Shown: positions 1 through 11,549, numbered from the stretch's first letter. The stretch is DNA of 64,000 nt from Octopus sinensis (GCF_006345805.1 NC_043009.1:68262001-68326000); one strand, 5' to 3'. Notes: generated from the sequence alone by a model not told the origin. Program-made: numbers and translations.

Positions 1-36
1 CCTCTATGTTTAGCCCCTTGTGGGTAGTAAAGAAAT
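1..36 (+). mobile_element. 3' tail of SINE family C (truncated by window edge)
   Basis: cctctatgtttagccccttgtgggtagtaaagaaata matches the reverse complement of the tails at 10012-10050 and 54005-54040. Confidence 0.8.
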
Positions 37-103
37 ATATATATATATATATATATAATATATATATATATATATACCGTATATATGTATATATACATGC
101 ATA

Positions 104-145
<42 letters not shown>

Positions 146-1229
146 TATATATTTGCGTGTATGAGTTAGTTTATGCATGTCCATGCCTATATGTGCGTGT
201 GTAGATAGAATCTAGCCAGGTATTTCTATGGTTCCAAGCTACTTCTTTAGACTATCAGGTAGAACCGTTTATTACGTGTATCGAAGAAATATACTAAAGC
301 ACTTCATGAATCTGAGATAGAAGAGAAATAAATAAATATACCTTCATCAATATAAGAATATTAAATTGGTCAGTAGATGACTAGTCCGTGTGTCTAGAGT
401 CCACTAATTCACCCTTTGAAACCTGTACAAAGAGACATCTGCACTGGCATTTATCTCTATACATCTATGTTTTAATGGCGGGTATCTTACAATGGAATTT
501 CTTCTTGAACAAGAATAAAAACGCCATATCAGAAGATGGGTCCTCATTCGTACAAGTTTATATCAATGTGCTCGTCTGTGTATATGAATGTGCTCGTCTG
601 TGTGTATGTGTGACTGTTGGTTTGAATGTGCATATGTCTGAGATCCTGCATGCATGTGTGTGTGTGTGTGTCTCTGTGTGTCTATGTGTGTGTGTGTGTG
701 TGTATTTGTGCGTGTATTTGTGTGTGCGTGTGTATGTGTTAGTTTATACGAGAGTAGTTGACAATTATATGCTAAGTAAACTAAACTGCATGAGTTTAAG
801 CTACTCCGAGTAAATAGTTTGTGGTTTGAAAAAGACGGTAAAAAAAGGGGAAAATGTAAGACAACAATGAAATCGAAGACTACAGCGGCGTTGATACGCT
901 GAAGTGGGGGTTTTCACGCCGCAGCATGACTTGCTAGAAATAACAGCTAAATTTACTTGTCACAGCTGGGTATCTATGAAAGGCTCAGGAAACAAAGATA
1001 TATAATACCTCTCTTCTATAAAGAGAAACTTTTTTTTTCCTTTTGTGTACCTGAAATGAGGAAAGGAAACCGTTTTCTCGCGACATTTCATTTGAAGTAT
1101 CTAAAGAGATCCTGCCAAATACTCTGCATCAAATAATCTTAAGCTTAGGTTAATATTTTTGTCATTTTCTGAAAAATCCAAGTGGCCCCATGTCTGAATC
1201 CGTTCCTTGAATGTGACCCATTTCTACAA

Positions 1230-1450
1230 CTGGCCCAGTTAAAAACTTTGATCGTTTAGTGTTGTTGCGGTATTCTTTTGATCACTTTTGATTTTTTATT
1301 GATATTCTGAAGGATTTTCACTGTTCTGTCCACAGAGGAATCATATCTAGGAGGGTGCGCGGAAAAATTCCTGACTTTGAGAGTATCGCGAAAGACCTGC
1401 GTATGTTTTAACATTATTTCATGAAAAATTGTTATTTTTCGAGGTTCCAA
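1230..1450 (-). pseudogene. Possible decayed LTR-retrotransposon integrase fragment
   Basis: Translation RNFSAHPPRYDSSVDRTVKILQNINKK loosely resembles the integrase motif PYHPQSNGxVERxVxTLK; weak. Confidence 0.25.
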
Positions 1451-2821
1451 TCTTAAATCACTGAAATTAGTTTTTCCCTATTTGATTACATTTCTCGACA
1501 GATTGTATGATTCACACGCATGTGTGAATACATATCTGTACATGCTGTGTATTTATGTACAGAATACGTGGATCTATGTCTAATCGTAATCTTTAAAATA
1601 ACCAGGATGTCACATTTGTCTCTTCAACAACTTGGTTTCCTCATACATTTCATAAGTAAATTATTCAATCGTATTAAGCAAAGATCTTTTTCCTTAAAAA
1701 TGGGAACAAAACAAAAATGAAATTTATAGTATTTAACTGATCGATGCAAAATTACAAAACTTAATGTTGTCACATAAATGAAACGGAGTATGTTGTAAGG
1801 TATCCTTTATTTAGAATATTTTTGTGGATTCACAAACTTTTAGAGATACGAAGAAATACATGATCCAAACAATAAACCGGTTATAATCCCGCTCTGAACG
1901 ATTATTTCAAAGATGCGTATTTCATTAAAAAACAAAAGCATACATTAAAAAGAGAGTTATCCGGAAACAAAGCCGAGGCGGAGCACTTAGCTGCAGTTCT
2001 GCCAAAACATAAAAGCAGAAAGAATTTCCGGAAAAATAGTCAGAAAAGTTACGACTGGTTGCAGCGAAGCCTTCAATGAAAAAGTGAGAAGAAAAAAGAA
2101 AAAGAAATTTTGAAATTTTAAAATAATTTTGAATAACATTTCCGACTGAAATGTAGTCCAATGTTTAAAAGAGAAATCTTAAGCAAGTTTTTTTTTTCTT
2201 TTGTTAAATTTTGAAACTGTTACGAAAGATATGCTTATTCTCAAGTCCCACGCTATCGTACATTCAGAGCTGCCGTTTACAACGTGTAATATTTCAAGGT
2301 GTTTTACTATGATTTGAGATAACCCATCCGCTTCATCTAGCATATCAAACGGACTCATAGAGGGGCTACTTTCGTACACTAATTCCTACACACGCGAACA
2401 TGTCACTGCAGATACACTATATTAGATATCGTAGAGTAAAACATTTCTTACGAGATCTTTAGATGGGACAAGCATGGTGGTCAAATTTTCTGAGAATTAT
2501 GACCAGAAGTTAGATAATCTGAAAGAAAACAGTACAAATTAGACACAGAGATATCTTAAAACTACAAGAGGAGGTTAAAAAATTGATAAATTCCGCTCTG
2601 AAACATTTTTTCTAGAAATCTGACATTACTTTTGCACCAAACTGATGTATACGATGAGCTCTCGCGTCGCAAACGACGTTTGAGCCTTTCAGCTTTTACC
2701 GAAAGATCTGCACAAAGGATTTGTTAAAATTAGGCAAATGTTTGTACCTCACGTTAGCTCACTCTTTCTATCAAATAGACGCTGCCTTAAAAGGGGCTCG
2801 ATGTAGCACGAGCCAGGTGTC

Positions 2822-2951
2822 GTAGTGGTCGCAGAGCAACGGGACATGACGTGTTTTGCTCAAAAATACAACGCATCACCCGGTCTAGGAATTGAAACCA
2901 CGATCTCGCGACCGTGAGTGCAAGACCCTAACCACTAGACCACGAAATCTC
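2822..2951 (-). mobile_element. SINE family B (tRNA head + CORE-like segment), partial
   Basis: Minus strand reads cgtggtctagtggttaggg...gtttcaattcc (A/B boxes) then ttgtatttttgagcaaaacac; homologous to 46681-47028. Confidence 0.8.
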
Positions 2952-4670
2952 CTATACATATATGTGTCTGTATGTGTGTGTGGAGAGAGAGAGAGAGAGA
3001 GAGAGAGTGAGAGAGAGAGCGGTAGATAGACAGAAAGAAACATAGACGGATATACATGTATGTCGGCACATATCTTTTGCATTATTTTGTATATTTATGT
3101 TTGTCTCTATATTCCTGTGCCTGTATATGTTTGCATCTTTTTTGCATTTACAACTGTTTTGAGAACCCGCATTCAGGACGGTGAGTAATAGGGAGTGTCT
3201 GATAAATATTAGCAAAATGGCGATGATCAATATAATAGAATGAGATATGGAGTTATAGGAATAAAGAAGTGAAGTAGAAAAAGAAAAGCCTATGGCATCC
3301 GATGGCGACGTGGATTAACAATGTAAATGTATTTAATATGTCCTCCCTTTATTCACAGTCAATAAAGGCTTTAGACACAGCCGAATAGTTATGTTATAAT
3401 GGCCTTTGGGGTTAATGGAAATGAACGAGCGATATTTCAGCCGGCATATACAGCCATATGATCACACACACATAGAAATATATACATACCCATATATACA
3501 TACATACATACATGCATATATTTTCATATGAATATAAATAGCAATGTGTGTATGAATTGTATGCATGTTTGTACGTGGTCAAGTGTGTGTGCGTTTGTGC
3601 ATGCGTGGGTGTATGTATCTATCTGTGTAAGTATTTTAACTAAACACATGTGAATTTCAAAAAACACTTCTTAATTAGGTTAATTGAGGTACTGAGTCAT
3701 TAGGAATGCTCTGTCGCTAATAGTAATTAGAAATTAGTCAACCATGTGAACAATCTCCATGTGGAATGGTCGAACGTCTATAAAATGATGTATCTCGAAT
3801 TGTTACGAGGGGCATAAAGAATGCATTGGTATAGTTACGATGAGGTAAACTTCCAAACACCTGTTTCATTATCTTCTCGACTCTTCAGCCGGAACAGAAA
3901 GAGACAGCTATGAATAGAAGTCGACTGCAATGTGTTAAATATATATTACCGAAACGTATCACGGGAATGTATAGAATGTGTGTTTATAGAAATCTTTAAA
4001 AATCCTGTCTGCTGAGTTAGTGGAAATACCTTCAAAAGAGCTTCTGATATCCAAGTTAAATTAGGGAACTTAATTTACTGAGGAGTGACTTATGTGGTCA
4101 CTAAAAACACGTGAGTCTTACAAGGTACATATTGATGTTTCTCATTGTCATGTATATTTTTTTGAGTGTGTTCCACAACGAATGTGAAGTTAGTTGTGGC
4201 TAAGAAAATTTATATAGCAAATGTGTTCCCATGCAAATATATTATGCATGTATTTATCAATAACAATTTTCCAGGACATCCTGACGTTTCTGCGTAACCT
4301 CTTTTCTTCTGTCGGTGTAAAGTTTTATTATAAATAGAAAACCTACAATAATATGAGTGAGTTATAGAGGAAGTAATATAATTGTTACAAGATTTTTGTA
4401 ACATTTTAGAAATATTCCCCCGAAATTTCTTTGGAAGAGTAACGTTTTCCAAGTCCAAACGTTTCTCTATATTCATTGTCACATATTCTGAATGAAGTAA
4501 AGTTGGCGAATGTTTTCACTTCGAGGAATATAAAAAGGTCACAATTTCAGAACTTTACTGTTCCAAGGAAACTGTGAAGTATTTATGAGAAAACACGATT
4601 AAAATGAAATAAAGATATGCAAAAGTAGAACTCATTCATATTTTTTTCAAATAACACCCCCATACATACA

Positions 4671-4701
<31 letters not shown>

Positions 4702-4738
4702 GTATACACAGACATAAAATATATATGTGTATGTGTTG

Positions 4739-4798
<60 letters not shown>

Positions 4799-4997
4799 TT
4801 ATATATATTATATAAAAGGGCTTAGTAAAATAAATTACTTTGCCGCATACTGAACTCATTAGAAATAGCAGCTAAAAAACTTTTTTAAAGCTATTTCTAA
4901 TACTTAAAGAAAATCTCTCTAATATATAGTGTTTGCTTAATTCAACTCACAAAAGTTTGGGGGTAAGGACATCGAAAAATCAAATGCTAATGTTATT

Positions 4998-5049
4998 TGA
5001 GAACGTACGTTTCAAGATTAGTCAAAACAACACTTCTATCATCAGCTCA
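4998..5049 (-). ncRNA. Minimal type I hammerhead ribozyme motif (inverted array copy)
   Basis: Minus strand: TGAG-CTGATGA-tagaagtgttgttttgactaatctt-GAAA-CGTACG-TT-CTCA; stem I TGAG/CTCA, palindrome AACGTACGTT. Confidence 0.75.
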
Positions 5050-5627
5050 GAAATTCCTTGGTTTGGATTTGGAAACACTGAAAATAAGAACATACCCTTT
5101 CGAAGATCTGCTCGTAACTAACAGTGCCAACAAATTCAAATAAGCAAGCGAAGAATCTCTGTTCTCCCCTTCCACCAGCGTGGGTTAAAATCATCAAACA
5201 CTATGCTTATTTCGGTAAAATCCGAAGCATTAATCAGAGGGAGATTAATTATAATTTCAACAAGGGCAAAATTAATTAATTATTAATCAATTTCACCAAG
5301 TGTTCAGTATGCAAAGGGACCATTCAGGCGAATTCAAATTATTACATTATATAAAAGGGCTTAGTAAAATAAATTACTTTGCCGCATACTGAACTCATTA
5401 ATTTTGCCCTCAATTGTTGAAATTATAATTAATCTCCCTCTGATTAATGCTTCGGATTTTACCGAAATAAGCATAGTGTTTGATGATTTTAACCCACGCT
5501 GGTGGAAAGGGGAGAACAGAGATTCTTCGCTTGCTTATTTGAATTTGTTGGCACTGTTAGTTACGAGCAGATCTTCGAAAGGGTATGTTTTATTTTCAGT
5601 GTTTCCAAATCCAAACCAAGGAATTTC

Positions 5628-5677
5628 TGAGCTGATGATAGAAGTGTTGTTTGACTAATCTTGAAACGTACGTCTCA
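5628..5677 (+). ncRNA. Hammerhead motif, array unit 1 (1-nt deletion at the cleavage site)
   Basis: TGAG-CTGATGA...GAAACGTACGT-CTCA; lacks one T relative to the other copies. Confidence 0.6.
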
Positions 5678-6168
5678 AATAACCTTAGCATTGGATTTTT
5701 CGATGTCCTTACCCCCAAACTTTTGTGAGTTGAATTAAGCAAACACTATATATGAGAGAGATTTTCTTTAAGTATTAGAAATAGCTTTAAAAAAGTTTTT
5801 TAGCTGCTATTTCTAATGAGTTCAGTATGCGGCAAAGTAATTTATTTTACTAAGCCCTTTTATATATGTAATAATTTGAATTCGCCTTGAATGGTCCCTT
5901 TGCATACTGAACACTTGGTGAAATTGATTAATATTTAATTTTGCCCTCATTTGTTTGAAATTATAATTAATCTCCCTCTGATTAATGCTTCGGATTTTAC
6001 CGAAATAAGCATAGTGTTTGATGATTTTAACCCACGTGGTGGTGGAAAGGGGAGAACAGAGATTCTTCGCTTGCTTATTTGAATTTGGTGGCACTGTTAG
6101 TTACGAGCAGATCTTCGAAAGGGTATGTTCTTATTTTCAGTGTTTCCAAATCCAAACCAAGGAATTTC

Positions 6169-6220
6169 TGAGCTGATGATAGAAGTGTTGTTTTGACTAA
6201 TCTTGAAACGTACGTTCTCA
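6169..6220 (+). ncRNA. Hammerhead motif, array unit 2 (intact; predicted cleavage after 6216)
   Basis: TGAG CTGATGA(6173-6179), stem II AGA/TCT + AGT/ACT, GAAA(6205-6208) CGTACG U16.1 U17, CTCA. Confidence 0.78.
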
Positions 6221-6713
6221 AATAACCTTAGCATTTGATTTTTCGATGTCCTTACCCCCAAACTTTTGTGAGTTGAATTAAGCAAACACTATATATGAGA
6301 GAGATTTTCTTTAAGTATTAGAAATAGCTTTAAAAAAGTTTTTTAGCTGCTATTTCTAATGAGTTCAGTATGCGGCAAAGTAATTTATTTTACTAAGCCC
6401 TTTTATATAATGTAATAATTTGAATTCGCCTTGAATGGTCCCTTTGCATACTGAACACTTGGTGAAATTGATTAATAATTAATTAATTTTGCCCTCAATT
6501 GTTGAAATTATAATTAATCTCCCTCTGATTAATGCTTCGGATTTTACCGAAATAAGCATAGTGTTTGATGATTTTAACCCACGCTGGTGGAAAGGGGAGA
6601 ACAGAGATTCTTCGCTTGCTTATTTGAATTTGTTGGCACTGTTAGTTACGAGCAGATCTTCGAAAGGGTATGTTCTTATTTTCAGTGTTTCCAAATCCAA
6701 ACCAAGGAATTTC

Positions 6714-6764
6714 TGAGCTGATGATAGAAGTGTGTTTTGACTAATCTTGAAACGTACGTTCCCA
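6714..6764 (+). ncRNA. Hammerhead motif, array unit 3 (stem I mismatch; predicted cleavage after 6760)
   Basis: TGAG CTGATGA...GAAACGTACGTT CCCA. Confidence 0.65.
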
Positions 6765-7133
6765 AATAACCTTAGCATTTGATTTTTCGATGTCCTTACC
6801 CCCAAACTTTTGTGAGTTGAATTAAGCAAACACTATATATGAGAGAGATTTTCTTTAAGTATTAGAAATAGCTTTAAAAAAGTTTTTTAGCTGCTATTTC
6901 TAATGAGTTCAGTATGCGGCAAAGTAATTTATTTTACTAAGCCCTTTTATATAATGTAATAATTTGAATTCGCCTTGAATGGTCCCTTTGCATACTGAAC
7001 ACTTGGTGAAATTGATTAATAATTATTTTGCCCTCAATTGTTGTAAATATATATATATATAAATACATATATACATATATACATATATAAATAAATATAT
7101 AATTATATATATATAATATATATATATATATGG

Positions 7134-7421
7134 GTAAAATAAGAAAAGTCAACGAAAATGCATATTGCAGGTATAAAAAGACTATTTATGATAGATAGTG
7201 ACAAAAATATACATTTAGAGTATTACGAGTCAAAAAGGTCAAAAAGGTCCCTTACCTTTTTATTATTTTTTTTTAAATTATTATTATCAACTTCTTATAA
7301 TCATCAATAATAATGACCTTTTTGACTCGTAGTACTCTAAATGTATATTTTCGTCACTATCTATCATAAATAGCCTTTTTATACCTGCAATATGCATTTT
7401 CGTTGACTTTTCTTATTTTAC
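7134..7421. mobile_element. Foldback/MITE-like inverted repeat, 108-bp arms, 72-nt AT-rich spacer
   Basis: 7134-7241 is the reverse complement of 7314-7421 with 3 transition mismatches. Confidence 0.85.
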
Positions 7422-7497
7422 TCTTACACTTCCACGTGTATTTTTTTTTTCAAAACATATTTCTACTATATATATATATATATATATATATACAGAC

Positions 7498-7535
<38 letters not shown>

Positions 7536-7814
7536 CTTTCGTATATATATATTATTTCATCGCATGAGGCATTCGCCGACCGTAACTGGCGATGTTCTTG
7601 CACGATGAATCCCCCTAGTGCATCAGGATGTGCTTTGTCTGGCCCAAACTGCTGCCAAACAAGTCTCCTAAATGTTTTCGCATAAAGCAACTGCAAGACG
7701 CCGGAGGCGTTGGTTTCATTAGGAAAAGTTTTAGGAGCTCTCTACTTCACGGTAAAGAGTACCACAATTCAAGTTCCTCACAGTTACCATATATATTTTT
7801 GTCACTCTTCCCCC

Positions 7815-7852
<38 letters not shown>

Positions 7853-7959
7853 CTGTATACATAAAGTTCTGCTACTGAATATCTCTCGCTTAGAGATAAA
7901 GAAACAGCAATGTTTCTATTTTATTAGATCAGTGACTGTGAGTCACTTAGAAAATTATA

Positions 7960-8186
7960 TATACTTTCGAACGGGTGTTTAGCAGCGCCATCCCAGCCAA
8001 GGAGTTATTCTGTGTCGATGTAAGGAAATAACCATGAAACCGTACGGTCCACAGATACTGCTTTGTGCTGGGTAGGTGTGCTAAACTCCCCTGTTCGAAA
8101 ATATAAGGGCACAGATCATATGTCGTATAGCCAGCTGGAGACGATGTCTCCTGTGGCTAAACAACAGTAGCATTCGCCCCAAAATG
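7960..8186 (+). mobile_element. Foldback family F copy (short left arm, hammerhead loop, longer right arm)
   Basis: 8054-8184 is homologous to the arms at 18425-18589/18657-18820 and 14827-15055; ~40-bp degenerate left arm at 7960-7998. Confidence 0.8.
8010..8054 (+). ncRNA. Hammerhead motif with altered core, in the loop of family F
   Basis: CTGTG-TCGATGTA-AGG aaataa CCAT-GAAA-CCGTACGG-TC-CACAG: stem I 5 bp, palindrome ACCGTACGGT, GUC triplet; core deviates from CTGATGA. Confidence 0.6.
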
Positions 8187-8188
8187 GG

Positions 8189-9000
8189 TTCCGCGTAGAG
8201 AATACAATGGAGCGTTAAGTAACACTCCAATTATATCACTGTACGCTCATCAGAGATAGACAATATGGAAGGGAATATGGCGTCTGCTTTCCACTGGTGG
8301 TGGATTAGCACAACCGGTCAGCGGCTGCTGTGAGAAAAGTGGTGAAACGAAAAAAGGGCCCAGGGGATTGGATTAGGAGTTATGTCCCCTGGTTGAGTAT
8401 GCTGTGAAGCTGGCAAGAGTTATCTTGAAGTGTGTATTATTAATATGGTCTCCCTGCGGGGACCGGGTGTGTGGTATCTATAGCGGTGTCATATGTGCAA
8501 TTTTTCCGGGGGTGTTGGTATGTATAGCTGTGTTCTTTGGTATGTTCTCTTTCTGTAAAGGATAAAGCCATGTGTTTTATTTTCATATTAGCGTGCGTTG
8601 TGTAATGTGTAATGTGTGTGTGCGTGGGGTGTCTGTGTATATGTGGGGGTACAATTTGCGTGAAGGGACATGTGTTATGGATGGGGGGGACAGTTATTTG
8701 CGGAGTGTCCGCCTTATAGGGGTGTGCGTATATGTACATGGGTGCATTGGTATGTGCCTTCGTCAAACTCTTTTTGCCGGAGTCAAGGGCGTTGGTGGAA
8801 GACAGTTTGCGGAAGTTCGAGTCAGGGGCCCTGTGGTTGCAGACATGGTGGAGCGCGCAGGTACGATAGAATTTACTTCTTTTTATGCGGGCAAGGATAT
8901 TATACCTCACTCCTGTTATTCAGGTAAACATCTTAGCGTTGGGTACATTTTAAAATATCTCTCTTCTCAGCCAGGCATAATCTGCACTTCCAGCTGCATG
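8189..9000 (-). mobile_element. Penelope-like element 3' relic (ORF C-terminus, 3' UTR, hammerhead remnant)
   Basis: Minus frame ~9000-8860 reads CSWKCRLCLAEKRDILKCTQR*DVYLNNRSEV*YPCPHKKK*IL, matching the Penelope C-terminal pattern CxLCxxEK...LNxRSE...CxH; CTGATGA-GCGTA...TACGC-GGAA at 8253-8189. Confidence 0.7.
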
Positions 9001-9005
9001 TGCAA

Positions 9006-9262
9006 AAGCGCATGGCCTGGTGGTTAGGGCGTTGCACTCACAATCGAGAGATTAGTTGTTTAGATTCCCAGCCAACAGGTACGTTGTGTTCTTAAGCAAA
9101 GCACTCCATTTCACGTTGCTCCAACCCACTCAGCTGTGAATGAATAGCACGGCGATGAACTAGCGTTCTGTCCAGGGGGAGTATTGGACCACATGCCAAG
9201 ATTAGTAGGACGGCCTCGTTTGAAAGCACCAAGAGCATTGTGACCAGCACTGTATAAAACCG
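9006..9262 (+). mobile_element. SINE family B
   Basis: gcgcatggcctggtggttaggg head; ttgtgttcttaagcaaagcactccatttcacgttgctcc CORE-like block; gcattgtgaccagc tail. Confidence 0.8.
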
Positions 9263-9344
9263 TCTGAGAGCCTAATCGATACATTGATACAGTTATATAC
9301 GCTCTTGGGTGTACATATCACGGTATCATGGTATCCACCATACT

Positions 9345-9615
9345 ATCGAATATTGTTATACATCGCTGATCACAGTGCATTTCGCATTGTTTTAGCTTTC
9401 CAATGACACCACTCCCCTGGCTAGGCGAGCAGGCCAACATTACCCCTGATCAGAAGGCTATTCCATCGCAGGGTTACACATTTACAGTCTAGTGGACTGA
9501 AGCAACGAGAAATGAAGTGTTTTGCTCACGAACACAACACATCACCCGGGAATCGGACCCATGACCCGACGATTGAAAGAGCAATGCCCTAACTACTAGT
9601 CCACGAGCCTTCACG
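9345..9615 (-). mobile_element. SINE family B (opposite orientation)
   Basis: Reverse complement of the same head, CORE-like block and tail (compare 28500-28620). Confidence 0.75.
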
Positions 9616-9641
9616 TCTGTACACGGATGGGGAGGGGGACA

Positions 9642-10011
9642 GTCGATCAGATCGACCCCTGTACGCAACAGGTACGTAATTTATCGACCTCCGTGGCACA
9701 TATCTGTGTAATTAGATTATTCTTTTCAACTCTAGGCACAAGGCCCAAAGTTTTTGAGGAGGGGGCCAGTCGATTATATCGACCCCAGTACGCAGCTGGT
9801 ACTTAATTCATCGATCCCGGTGGCACATATCTGTGAGATTAGACTATTATCTACTCTACACACAAAGCTAGAAGTTTTGGGGGAGAAGGCCAGTCGATTA
9901 GATCGACCCTAGTAGCTACTGGTACTTAATTTATCGACCCCGAAAGGACGAAAGGCAAAGTCGACCTCGGCGGAATTTGAACTCAGAATGTAAAACGGCA
10001 GACGAAATACC
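9642..10011 (-). mobile_element. SINE family C 3' region tandemly repeated (~125-bp units x3)
   Basis: cagtcgatt...atcgacc...ggtacttaatt block recurs at ~9641, ~9767 and ~9891, twice followed by gtggcacatatctgtg. Confidence 0.8.
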
Positions 10012-10239
10012 TATTTCTTTACTACCCACAAGGGTCTAAACACAGAGAGGACAAACAAGGACAGACAAACGGATTAAGTCGATTATATTGACCCCAGTGC
10101 TAGTACTTAATTTATCGACCCCGAAAGGATAAAAGGCAAAGTCGACCTCGGTGGAATTTGAACTCAGAACGTAACGGCAGACGAAATACGGCTGCGCATT
10201 TCGGCCGGCATGCTAAAGATTCTGCCAGCTCGCCGCCTT
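10012..10239 (-). mobile_element. SINE family C, full length (tRNA-like head, Deu/Nin-like central domain)
   Basis: Minus strand: aaggcggcgagctggcagaatc...gagttcaaattcc...gcctttTatcctttcggggtcgataaattaagtac...gtgggtagtaaagaaata. Confidence 0.9.
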
Positions 10240-10660
10240 TATGTGACTAGAATATTGTTTACATAGTGGATTGATTGGTTGGACCGCTATGAACGATACT
10301 CCTTTATTCTGCTTTAATTGAGACACCTTACTCAGAAGAAAAGCGAAGATACAGCGAAGATAATAACGAGCTAAAAACCTAAAGAAAAACAGAAAACAAA
10401 GAATATAATAATTAACCTACACACCCAGCCACTCACTCGTATTTACACATACATTGATGCGAGCACGGACATTCAGACTTTTGTGCAGGGAAGATAAAGA
10501 AAACTGGTTTGATGGTCCAGAAAGCTGGAAACAGGCTCCGGGTCTCAATGGACAATAACATTCTGCTAAACAATGGTCGGCTGAATGCTGTCAGACCGTT
10601 GTTCTATAATGCATTCGCTCTTATCGCATATTCTCTCTTTCCCCATACACGGACCGACAA

Positions 10661-10703
<43 letters not shown>

Positions 10704-10735
10704 GTGTGTGTGTGTGTGTGGTGTGTGTGTGTGTG

Positions 10736-10788
<53 letters not shown>

Positions 10789-10789
10789 T

Positions 10790-11007
10790 TTTTTATTACC
10801 CACAAGGGGCTAAACATAGAGGGGACAAACAAGGAGAGACAAACGAATTAAGTCGATTACATCGACCCCAGTGCGTATCTGGTACTTAATTTATCGACCT
10901 CAAAAGGATGAAAGGCAAAGTCGACCTCAGCGGAATTTGAACTCAGAATGTACTGGCAGACGAAATACGGCTACGCATTTCGCCCTGCGTGCTAACGGTT
11001 CTGCCAG
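10790..11007 (-). mobile_element. SINE family C inserted in a (TAGA)n tract
   Basis: Homologous to 10012-10239; (TAGA)n on both sides. Confidence 0.9.
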
Positions 11008-11009
11008 GT

Positions 11010-11081
<72 letters not shown>

Positions 11082-11549
11082 GTATAGTTAGATAGGAGGA
11101 TAAATCTAGATGGATAGATGGATGGATAGACGGATATTAACTTTCAAGCAAAGATCTGAACTTAGTAAACGACGTATCTTTTTACTGCAAGTGCTTAGTA
11201 AATAATCCAGTGTTAATTAGGTCTACGGCAATAATGTGGTTATGAAGGAAAATAGAAACAAGGGGAGGTGTATCCCATATATCATCTTAAAGTACATTAG
11301 TCCCCCCTCTCTCTCTCTCTGTCTTTACCTATATATATATATAGTATCAACCAAACTATCAAATATTGTTATACATCGCTGTACACAGTGCACTTTTTGC
11401 ATCGTTTTAGCTTTTGTATGACTCCAACCATGTGTGTGCATGAATACATGCATTTCTAAGGACGTAGAGGTGTCTGTGTTCCACGATTATGCAACTGTAA
11501 ACACAAGAATCTCATCATTAAATACCATTACAACAACAACAACAACCAC

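Larger units (their letters stand above)
4807..7043. repeat. ~540-bp tandem array: one copy plus 55 bp in one orientation (4807-5400), then three copies plus 19 bp inverted (unit starts 5401, 5938, 6486, 7025), embedded in (TA)n
   Basis: Near-identical units read directly; periods 539, 537, 548 and 539 bp; both ends run into TA microsatellite. Confidence 0.97.

Noticed and set aside
266-355. Hammerhead-like relic on the minus strand (TTGATGA...CGATACACGTA); similar weak cases at ~3860, ~4280, ~29870, ~54720 and ~61590
   Set aside because: Two or more core positions are altered and stems are poor; indistinguishable from chance without family alignments
5404-6829. 60-90 aa ORFs repeated in array units (MPSIVEII..., MLNSTHKS...)
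   Set aside because: They start at non-ATG codons, differ by frameshifts between near-identical units, and match no domain I recognise; a decayed PLE coding origin cannot be excluded
4807-7043. CRISPR-like or rDNA/snRNA array interpretation
   Set aside because: No short repeats with unique spacers; the unit has no 5S, tRNA or snRNA features; eukaryotic context
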